From Octopus sinensis (taxonomy: Eukaryota), in NCBI RefSeq assembly GCF_006345805.1, contig NW_021828889.1:1-7415 (forward strand): DNA of 7,415 nucleotides, in the 5' to 3' direction. Made by a program: the position numbers and the translations under genes. Below the pieces are notes generated by a model, which had not been told where the DNA came from, ran no database searches, and saw nothing but the letters and a program-made list of their open reading frames with translations. Positions 1 to 7,269 of this stretch are shown here, in pieces (positions within the stretch are counted from its first letter, which is position 1; each line of letters begins with the position of its first letter).

Positions 1-210
1 TTTTAGGTTATTTAAAATATTTTTTGACATATTTCAACGGCTAAAGGTCAATTTCACTTATATGTACCGCAGTGAAAATTTTCTCTTCCGGTGAAAAGGG
101 ATAAAAACACTATATCTTTTCAGTGTCGCCATCTATTAGGATCCCCAGACATCAATGTTTGCCTTTTAGCAACTGAAATATGTTACAAACGTATCTTAAC
201 TAACCTAAAA
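1..210. repeat. Imperfect inverted repeat (arms 1-51 and 159-210), possible relic of a palindromic non-autonomous DNA transposon (MITE-like); left side cut by window edge
   Basis: 1-10 TTTTAGGTTA is the exact reverse complement of 201-210 TAACCTAAAA. Manual alignment extends inward with about 40 of 52 positions matching, including ACATATTTCA and GCTAAA. A 10-mer TAACCTAAAA/TAACCTAAAC/TAACTTAAAC is repeated three times at 201-230. Confidence 0.55.
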
Positions 211-227
211 TAACCTAAACTAACTTA

Positions 228-368
228 AACTTCGCAGTTCGGCAAAATATATCGATGGAATAAGCGGCAGGCTGAAAAAAGAGCACTGGGCGTCAATTCA
301 TTCCACTAAAATTCTTGTGGACAGGGCTCCAGCTTGACCGCAGTCTAATGAATGAAGCAAGTAAAAAA
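228..368 (+). mobile_element. Diverged 3' fragment of the same SINE family as 3974-4389 (5'-truncated)
   Basis: Aligns by eye to the reverse complement of ~3990-4125: AACTTCGCAGTTCGGCAAAA vs CACTTAGCGGTTCGGCAAAA, GAATAAG, CACTAAA vs GACTAAA, and GCTCCAGCTTGACCGCAGTCTAATGAATGAA vs GCTCCAGCATGGCCGCAGTCAAATGACTGAA. Confidence 0.85.
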
Positions 369-407
369 TATATGATGGGTAACAGTCTAGTATTCTAATA
401 ATAAATT

Positions 408-747
408 TAAAGACCCACTTCGGTCATGAATTGCCATGGGATTGAACCTAAAATGTTCTTCTCCGAGGCACAAGTCCGAACAAGATTGTTTATGAAAGAC
501 CAGCAGTCGCCCATGCGTATCAATCACTCCTCTCTACGCCACTGATATTATCCAATGGAAAAGCAAAGGGGCAGATACAGCTTGGTACCAGTAAAATCGC
601 AATTCATTTCCACACCTGAGTGAACTGGAGCAACATAAAATAAAGTGACTTGCTGAAGAATACAACACGCAGCCCGGTCCGGGAATCGAACTCACTACCT
701 CATGATTGTGAGCCCGACTTTATAACCATTGAGCCATGCACCTTCAC
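408..747 (-). mobile_element. tRNA-derived SINE with a CORE-like central domain (resembles octopus OR-type CORE-SINEs)
   Basis: On the - strand: A box TGGCTCAATGG (726-736) and B box GTTCGATTCC (682-691) at tRNA-like spacing. These are followed by CAGCAAGTCACTT...CTCCAGTTCACTCAGGTGTGGAAATG (~605-658), similar to the MIR CORE GGGCAAGTCACTT...CTCAGTTTCCTCATCTGTAAAATG. The 3' boundary near 408 and the family name come from recall of the family and are approximate. Confidence 0.82.
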
Positions 748-960
748 ATTTAGACAGTTTTTAACAGATTTCTAACAATTTACAGCATAGTAATCACTAT
801 TTGTAACTGTCCGGTAGAACCCAATATAGATTTTAGTCAATCTGTATATCCTTTTAAGACATAAGCCGTCTTGCATGCGTGATTTTAAAAGAAATGTAGG
901 TCACGACACATCAATTTAGTATTCAAGCTTTCAGTGACGCTATTTTATTTCGATGCTTTT

Positions 961-965
961 ATCTA

Positions 966-996
<31 letters not shown>
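961..996. repeat. (ATCT)2 + (AT)n microsatellite
   Basis: Read directly from sequence. Confidence 0.95.
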
Positions 997-998
<2 letters not shown>

Positions 999-1195
999 AA
1001 ATGTCAGCCATATTTAAGGTTGTTAGTACTGTGTCATCGGTAAAAGAAAATTGAATGACACGTGATGCAGTGTAACTATTGCCGAAACGATGTTTTAAAC
1101 CACAAAAAAATAAAAGAATATATTAAGTAAAAATCTGAAACGGGAAAATAATAAAGACAATAAACAAGTCAGATAGCTTCGCTGCCTTTTCGTAA

Positions 1196-1383
<188 letters not shown>

Positions 1384-1489
1384 AAATAATGAAAAAGGTT
1401 GAAACAGTGTCAAATATATTTGAGCATTTGAATATTATTTTGTAGAATAAAACAAGTTTTATCATTACATACAGACCATGAATATTTTA

Positions 1490-1531
<42 letters not shown>

Positions 1532-1550
1532 TATTATTATTATTATTATT
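1490..1550. repeat. (AAT)14 switching to (ATT)n, forming a perfect 40-bp palindrome at 1511-1550
   Basis: 1511-1530 AATAATAATAATAATAATAA is the reverse complement of 1531-1550 TTATTATTATTATTATTATT. Confidence 0.95.
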
Positions 1551-1554
1551 TTAT

Positions 1555-1660
1555 TTATCTATCTATCTGTATACATACATATAATATACGTATGTATATC
1601 TACCTACCTACATTCATGCATACACACATACACACATATATATATATACATATATATAAA
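1555..1660. repeat. Degenerate ATCT/ATAC/AC/AT microsatellite mosaic
   Basis: Read directly from sequence. Confidence 0.85.
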
Positions 1661-1789
1661 TGTATTTATCTATAAAATGAGATTGTGTGTATGTAAAGCC
1701 TTATAACTACTGAAGTTCAGAACTGATTTTCTCCAAACTGGGAACATACATTACTTATGTTAGAGAGATGCTTTTAGACTCTTAAATTT

Positions 1790-2529
1790 TTCCACATAAT
1801 GAGTAACGAGTTTTCTAGGAGCAGAAAAATCCATTTCCTGGGTTACGTGGAGAACGGAGGTAGCTCTTTGCGAAGTAACTATCAGACCAACTTCCATTTG
1901 AACAACATCCATTGGTCAAAAAATTATCCCAATCTCAATTGGCTGTGTGAAAGAGCGATACTGTCTCCAAAAACAGCTCTGTAAGTAAAATTAATGACCA
2001 GCTGCTGCAGTACCGTCCTGGAAGTCCTCACATTTATAAGTTAGTTGATACAATTTCAGTTCCAGAAGAAGTGGTAAATTTTCCAACAGAATTTCGCAAT
2101 TTATTGGAGCCTTTAGGGCTATCTCCCACAGATTGGAACTTAAAGTGGGAATTCCAGTAATGTTATTGAGGAAGTTGGATCCACCAACACTCTGTAATGG
2201 GACACGCCTGATGATAAAGAAGATGATGTCACATGCTATTGAGGCTCCCATTCTGTCTGGATGTGGAAAAGGAGAGAATGATTTCATACTCAGAATTCCT
2301 CTCATTCCATTAGGAGCAGAAATTCCTTTTCCATTCAGAAGAGTGCAAACTTCCTATTCGTATCAGCTTCGCAATGCCTATCACTATATGCCAGGGTCAA
2401 ACACTGTTTGTAGTAGAACTTCACTTGGAATTAAATGTTGCCTGCCCTAGAGTGGGAAACAAAGAAAAAATCTATTTGCATTTGTTCCAAAGGGAAAACA
2501 AAGAATATTGTTTACCAAGAGTTTTGTAG
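1790..2529 (+). pseudogene. Frameshifted C-terminal part of a Helitron RepHel Pif1-family (SF1B) helicase
   Basis: Translation across frames gives WLCERAILSPK (1940-1972), VNFPTEFRNLL (2074-2106), LELKVGIPVMLLRKLDPPTLCNGTRL (2133-2210), LRIPLIP, LPIRISFAMPITICQGQTL (2350-2406; canonical FPIRLAFAMTINKSQGQTL), LNVACPRVG (2431-2457; canonical LYVACSRVG), KNIVYQE (2501-2521) and TAG at 2527-2529. There are several frameshifts, and the FSHGQ stretch is deleted. Confidence 0.93.
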
Positions 2530-2745
2530 GAATTACTACATCCTATGATGTGCTCCACTATCCACTGCTCTTTGTGAGTGGTGGAGACAGAAACATTTCG
2601 GCATAATACCAACAAACCCGAAGACTGCACCAACAAAGCAGTTTTCTGCATGGACTTCAATATCAAAGTATATTCTCCAATTACTCCCACTAACCACGCA
2701 GCAAGCCATTACGCCGTATTTTTTTCCAAGTAATTCATTACTATA
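2530..2745 (+). pseudogene. Helitron RepHel fragment from the conserved region just upstream of the Rep domain
   Basis: SYDVLHYPLLFVSGGD at 2541-2588 (canonical SYDALQYPLLFPxGEDG). After frameshifts: HFGIIPTNPKTAPTKQ (2594-2641) and S(A)MDF (~2645-2658; canonical KVSAMDFY). Homology beyond ~2660 is weak, so the right boundary is approximate. Confidence 0.8.
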
Positions 2746-3167
2746 TATTGTCATGTGACTGCATACGTTCAGTTTACGTTTCTTATTCTACATCCACACC
2801 AGCAATCCACTGTCAACTCTTCGCTTTCTGCAACATTTCAACAGTTCACTTCCCCATTGCCGTCTCCCATTGCAGCCCTTTCCGGAATGTACCATTTACG
2901 CACAATATCTCCGTTACACTCTAGATTCATTCGACTGTCAACCATTGGTCATGTTAGACGCAGCACCGACCGCCGCAAGGGAGAGTATATCCACTGATAG
3001 CTTTTCAGTAAGTTAAAAAATCATATACCCCCTACTCCCATTTTCCATGACAGGTTAGGGCCTGGAATCCTCCAAACGAATATGTGACACGTCACTTAGT
3101 CGAATTACTCCTTAATTCGTCGTCGTCAACGTTGCATTTTCCCGTATCACATGTTTCGACATAACTG

Positions 3168-3169
<2 letters not shown>

Positions 3170-3257
<88 letters not shown>

Positions 3258-3268
3258 GTATATATATA
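3170..3268. repeat. (TA)n microsatellite inside the candidate Helitron, just upstream of its 3' end
   Basis: Perfect TA run at ~3170-3249, imperfect to 3268. Confidence 0.97.
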
Positions 3269-3284
3269 CTCTATGACTTTTAAT

Positions 3285-3312
3285 CCCGTGCAATGCCGCA
3301 TATCTCCGCTAG
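3285..3312 (+). other. Helitron 3' terminal signal: decayed GC-rich hairpin plus CTAG
   Basis: CCCGTGC-AAT-GCCGCA: GC/GC and CG/CG pairs are retained, but the outer stem has decayed relative to a CCCG...CGGG-type hairpin. CTAG follows 8 nt after 3300 and is followed by T. Confidence 0.65.
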
Positions 3313-3540
3313 TGACTTATAAAATTGAAGTGGTAGGTTGGGCTATTATTTGATAAATGAGAGGGATGTAAGAGCGTTAGTATGAGAGAAACATGGTGGC
3401 ATAGAGAGTGTGACTAATATCAGGGAAGAGGAGAACAGAGCTGTGTAAGCGACAAATATGGGGTGGCAGTGGGATGTTAACGTTAATACAGTTGACATTC
3501 AGAGATACACACGCATGCGCTTTCAACCTGTCTTTCTCGC

Positions 3541-3579
3541 TCGTGTCTCTTTCTCTTTGTCGCTGTCTTTCTTTCTGTT

Positions 3580-3610
<31 letters not shown>

Positions 3611-3630
3611 GTAATACACAAACACACACT
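3541..3630. repeat. Pyrimidine-rich TC/TCTG microsatellite mosaic followed by (AC)n
   Basis: Read directly from sequence. Confidence 0.9.
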
Positions 3631-3973
3631 CACAAATCTATTGACAAATCTATTTGACATCGTTTAAACTGAAATTATTTGGAAATAACCAAGGTATTCC
3701 TTTTTTCCATTTATGAACAGACGATAAGGAGGTTTTCTTCTGTTAAATACTTAGAGTCAAATCACTTTTCTTTTCACGAAGACGATGTTTCAAGTCAACA
3801 GTTAAGGTGAAGTACCTTATTAATTTTGTTTTTATTGTTTGCAAAATTACAATCACACATTCATCTGTCGCAAAGTTAGGAAGACAATTTTCTAAAGTGG
3901 AAATTTCTATGACTTAATATCTTATTGTTGTAGTTTTCCGTCACGTTTCCGTCACGTTCTGTTCACAAAACCA

Positions 3974-4389
3974 TACTCTTTACTCTTTACTCTTTTCCTT
4001 TTTTCAGTCATTTGACTGCGGCCATGCTGGAGCACCGCCTTTAGTCGAGCAAATCGACCCCGGGACTTATTCTTTGTAAGCCCAGTACTTATTCTATCGG
4101 TCTCTTTTGCCGAACCGCTAAGTGACGGGGACGTAAACACACCAGCATCGGTTGTCAAGCAATGCTAGGGGGAAAACACAGACAAACAAACACACACACA
4201 TATATATATATATATATACATATATACGACGGGCTTCTTTCAGTTTCCGTCTACCAAATCCACTCACAAGGCATTGGTCGGCCCGGGGCTATAGCAGAAG
4301 ACACTTGCCCAAGATGCCGCGCAGTGGAACTGAACCCGGAACCATGTGGTTGGTTAGCAAGCTACTTACCATACAGCCACTCCTGCGCC
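3974..4389 (-). mobile_element. Near-complete tRNA-derived SINE with an internal CA/TA microsatellite and an (AAGAGTA)3 tail
   Basis: The - strand starts GGCGCAGGAG, with A box TGGCTGTATGGT (4368-4379), B box GGTTCAGTTCC (4326-4336), a CTTGGGCAAGTG box typical of SINE conserved domains, an internal microsatellite at ~4180-4226, and a 3' tandem tail (TACTCTT)3 at 3974-3994 on +. A second diverged copy of its 3' part is at 228-368. No clear TSD. Confidence 0.9.
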
Positions 4390-4480
4390 ATCTAAAGTTT
4401 AAACTGAAGGTGAAGTCCCTTACTGAATTTATTGAAAAATATTCAACAATTACATTCATTTATTAATTCACCCCTTTAAT

Positions 4481-4856
4481 AATGTCATGGTTGTTGGTAA
4501 CTGTATGTTCAGAGCTGTGTCACTCTTGCTAAAAAAAAACCCCCAAAAAACCAAAAACAACAGAAATGACCAAACTCTTCGGGATGAGTCCGTACGATAC
4601 ATATGCAATAATTGGGAGTGTTTTAATTATTCTATTCCTTAAAGTACAATGCAGGAATACCAAGCATACATGAGTAGGGATGGAACATACAGTGATCATG
4701 TTGAACTAGCTGCGATTAGTGAATTGTACAATGTTACAATTCAGGTTCATTACAAAAATGACGATGAAATTCTTCTTCTTCTGTTCCCCGTTTGTGGTCG
4801 AACAGTTACAGAAAGGAAGATTTCAGTGTTATATTGACAACGGCCATTACGATGCT
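4481..4856 (+). pseudogene. OTU-family cysteine protease (deubiquitinase-like) domain, disrupted
   Basis: One frame gives VVGNCMFRAVS (4490-4522; canonical GDGNCLFRAVS, Cys codon 4502-4504), DQTLRDESVRYICNNWECF, an in-frame TAA at 4640-4642, and MQEYQAYMSRDGTYSDHVELAAISELYNVTIQVH (from 4649). After a frameshift comes IDNGHYD (His codon 4845-4847). Motif order and spacing match the OTU fold. Confidence 0.85.
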
Positions 4857-4859
4857 CCC

Positions 4860-5290
4860 TTTCCCATAAACAATCACGACCATAAGAGAAATGTAGAAGG
4901 AAATTAAATATCACAAGACAGTAAAATAGATAAGAAAAGAATGAGAATTCAAACTCTTGATATGAAAATTGTAGAAGAAAGTAAAAAAAAAAAAAGAAAC
5001 ATCTGAAAGTTAAGTTGCAAAAAATGAGGGAATATGAGATAAGGAGGACAAGAGAAGAAGAAGGTGATAAAGATAGGGAAATAAGAATGCAGAGAAAGAA
5101 AAAAATATGGAAATAAAAAAGTACAAGAAAATATAAAAGACAAAGAAATACGATTGCAAAAATATGAGAGAAAAAGGTAGAATAAATAGAAAACAAGAGA
5201 GTGAAAATGACCGAAAATCACAATAAAAATGGAGAAAGCTTTCCAGGGAAAATCAGCAGAAAAAGCATAGAGGATTCCAATGACCAGGTG
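4860..5290 (+). other. Purine-rich decayed coding linker (K/E/R-rich) between the OTU and Zn-finger-like regions
   Basis: Strong A/G bias on + with many AAG/GAA/AGA triplets, interrupted by stops and frameshifts. Its position fits the charged low-complexity N-terminal segments of Helitron RepHel. Linker identity is inferred. Confidence 0.6.
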
Positions 5291-5292
5291 TA

Positions 5293-5850
5293 GCATTTCA
5301 TTATGATCATAATAATCATAATTATGAATCTGAAAAAATTAACACCCTGGGCTCTATGTCCAAAATATGTGAAAAGTGTGGTGCTAGGAAGTGGGGCAAG
5401 AAATCATTAGGCATGTGTTGTTGCTCTAAAGGTAAAGTCAATTTACCAATAGTCGAGTCTCCCGAACTTATAAAGCATCTTCTTTTAGGTACCACTTCAG
5501 AATCATAACACTTTCGAGCGTACAATTGTGCTTTTCAAATAACATCGTTTGGGGCAAAAATCATTAGGGAAAGTGGGTTCATGCCGACTTATAAAGTGCA
5601 AGGAGAAATTAATCACAGAATTGGCTCGCTTAAGCCTTTACGTAATAAAGATCCACAGTTTTTACAAAAATACATTATAGGTGATGTTCAAAAAGAAGCA
5701 CAGTGTCGCAACAAGAGTTGTCCAGGTATAAGATTAAAATTTATGTTTTAGCTGTAAGAAATGTTTCACGAAGAAAACAATCTTATGTGAGAAGCTTCCA
5801 GTATACTTTAGAATATACTTCAACTTATGATTTTAATAATAATTATTACC
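5293..5850 (+). pseudogene. Helitron RepHel N-terminal Zn-finger-like motif and downstream conserved block, with premature stops
   Basis: Frame from 5293: AFHYD...LGSMSKICEKCGARKWGKKSLGMCCCSKGKVNLP (Cys at 5368, 5377, 5416-5424), TAA at 5506-5508, RAYNCAFQITSFGAKIIRESGFMPTYKVQGEINHRIGSLKP...PQFLQKYIIGD, stops near 5746-5757, EMFHEENN, then frameshifted YVRSFQYTLE (5784-5813). This matches the canonical CxxCxAxKW...GMCCxxGKV / YNxxFQMTSFG / FKVQGQVYHRIGSL / FLQIYF series. Confidence 0.92.
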
Positions 5851-6058
5851 TTTGAAGGTTTTTATTCCCATTCTGGACACGTGATAAGATCGATATTTAA
5901 ATAACGATATTATCCTTATATAAATGTATATATATATATGCGAATATAAACAAAGTGTAATAATATAGATTACTACCAGTGGCTCAGCACAAAAGACGAA
6001 TTAGTCATTAGACAAAATATTATTCATATAGAAAAATATTATTCATGTAGAAATATAA

Positions 6059-6116
6059 TTAAGGGCTCCTAAATAAGTCTTCCCAGCACTTGGCATCCTT
6101 ATTTAGGAGCCCTTAA
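6059..6116. repeat. Perfect 19-bp inverted repeat with a 20-nt spacer, preceded by a 19-bp tandem duplication (6014-6051)
   Basis: TTAAGGGCTCCTAAATAAG (6059-6077) / CTTATTTAGGAGCCCTTAA (6098-6116). AAAATATTATTCATATAGA (6014-6032) and AAAATATTATTCATGTAGA (6033-6051) differ at one base. Confidence 0.92.
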
Positions 6117-6216
6117 ATGTATATATATATATATATATATAATATTAATTAGAGACAAAACCACTATTTTGCAAAACAAACAAGGAAAGACTTAATCAAT
6201 ACATAAAATTTTAATA

Positions 6217-6308
6217 GATAGATAGATAGATACATACATGTATATACATATGTGTATATAAATAAATATATATAATGCATATATATACGTGTGTGTGTGT
6301 GTGTGTGT
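6217..6308. repeat. GATA/TACA/TA/GT microsatellite mosaic
   Basis: Read directly from sequence. Confidence 0.9.
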
Positions 6309-6442
6309 AAGGTAAAACCTCTAAAATTCGTGGTATTTTCATCTGTAAATAGAGTTGATCCCGTGGCCCTCTTCTGTAGTTCTACCTCTGAAACCACTGT
6401 AATGCATATCAAAATTTCGTAAACAATAAATGTGAAAGAAAT

Positions 6443-6580
6443 ACTCTCTCTCTCTCTCTCCCCCCTCTCTCTCTCACACACACATATAAATACACATATA
6501 TATGTGTATACACACCTCGCACACGCACATTTATACAGACACAAAACCACATACACACACATATATATACAGAAACACAT
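6443..6580. repeat. (CT)n/(CA)n/(TA)n microsatellite mosaic
   Basis: Read directly from sequence. Confidence 0.9.
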
Positions 6581-7129
6581 TTGTAACGGACTTTTATTAC
6601 ACAAGATTAATCCTTTTAATATTTACAGTTTAATAAACCAACATTTTCCTTCCCATAAATTCTATAAATTATCTGAAAGGATTCTATAAATTGCCTTATG
6701 GTAAACCTATACACGTCCAAATATGTGAAAACTAATCAGTGACAAATCAAAAGATGTTTTGCTGGTAATCTCTCCCTTTAGGAAAATATTTATCAATTGA
6801 GATATTATGCGGGATATTTACGCTAAATTGCTTAAATATTCGGTGTGATTAATTATTTAAGATATAAAGAAAAATTGTTTTATATTTGTGTGATATTTAC
6901 TCTATAATCTATATATTTCAGCTAAGATTTCTGTTATTTCTTTATGAGTATGTATTTGTGTATTTGTATGCGTGTGGGAATTAACTGAATATTCATGGAC
7001 TGTGGTTTAAGTTAAAGGTTTTAAATGCTATTGTTCTTAGTTTTAAGCTTTTAACTTGGAGGGACAAAAATCAGGACAGAATAGGTTAATTTCTGCTTTG
7101 TATTTTATTGTGTTGCGGAAGTTCCAGCG

Positions 7130-7221
7130 CACATACAGACGCACATATGTATGTATATATGTATGTATGCATGCATATATTATCTATGTATGCTTGTATG
7201 TATTATGTATCTATGTATATA

Positions 7222-7269
<48 letters not shown>

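Larger units (their letters stand above)
1669..3312 (+). mobile_element. Candidate non-autonomous, internally deleted Helitron (~1.64 kb) with both termini
   Basis: 5' end: A1668|TC-TATAAAATGAGATTGTGTGTATGT, then ATAACT...AACTGATTTTCTCCAAACTGGG, a motif I recognise from invertebrate Helitron 5' cores. 3' end: CCCGTGCAATGCCG (decayed GC hairpin) then CTAG (3309-3312)|T3313. Helitron RepHel coding relics lie inside. The A|T flanks with no TSD fit Helitron insertion. The termini are assigned by motif recognition, not by alignment. Confidence 0.68.
4481..5850 (+). mobile_element. Decayed Helitron fragment encoding the RepHel N-terminal region (OTU - charged linker - Zn-finger-like motif - conserved pre-Rep block); termini not found
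   Basis: Collinear same-strand coding relics described in the next three features. Homology may extend to ~5890 (SG-HVIR, cf. PSGEHxRR). Confidence 0.8.

Noticed and set aside
201-230. TAACCT units as telomeric repeats
   Set aside because: Only three degenerate 10-mers embedded in an inverted repeat, not a TTAGGG or TTAGG array.
682-747. Possible tRNA genes at the A/B boxes (also 4326-4389)
   Set aside because: No complete cloverleaf is evident, and both continue into SINE bodies and tails.
1057-1066. GACACGTGAT (E-box-containing 10-mer) recurring at 5876-5885
   Set aside because: There is no flanking similarity, and the two sites are in unrelated contexts. Not supportable as a regulatory site.
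1478-1675. 65-aa ORF with poly-Asn/poly-Tyr
   Set aside because: It is a translation of AAT/TAT and AC/AT microsatellites, with no domain content.
2133-2450. 105-aa ORF as an intact host PIF1 gene
   Set aside because: It is only one frame segment of a multiply frameshifted Helitron helicase relic. It starts at TTG, leaves homology after FRRVQ, and lacks motifs I-III.
1991-2754. Minus-strand ORFs 1991-2305, 2472-2690 and 2536-2754
   Set aside because: They are antisense to recognisable + strand Helitron coding relics and have no motif of their own.
3092-3667. ORFs 3092-3301, 3377-3625 and 3458-3667
   Set aside because: They are driven by TA, TC and TCTG repeats.
3935-3956. TTTCCGTCACG x2 (and ACAAATCTATT x2 near 3632-3654) as regulatory or CRISPR-like repeats
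   Set aside because: Only two adjacent units with no spacers. These are ordinary slippage duplications in eukaryotic DNA.
3952-4466. ORFs 3952-4158 (-), 4152-4466 (+) and 4162-4395 (+)
   Set aside because: They lie almost entirely within the SINE and its microsatellite, so they are chance open frames.
4750-5296. Minus-strand 148-aa and 115-aa F/L/S/I-rich ORFs resembling membrane proteins
   Set aside because: They are antisense shadows of the purine-rich + strand Helitron linker. The hydrophobicity comes from T/C-rich codons.
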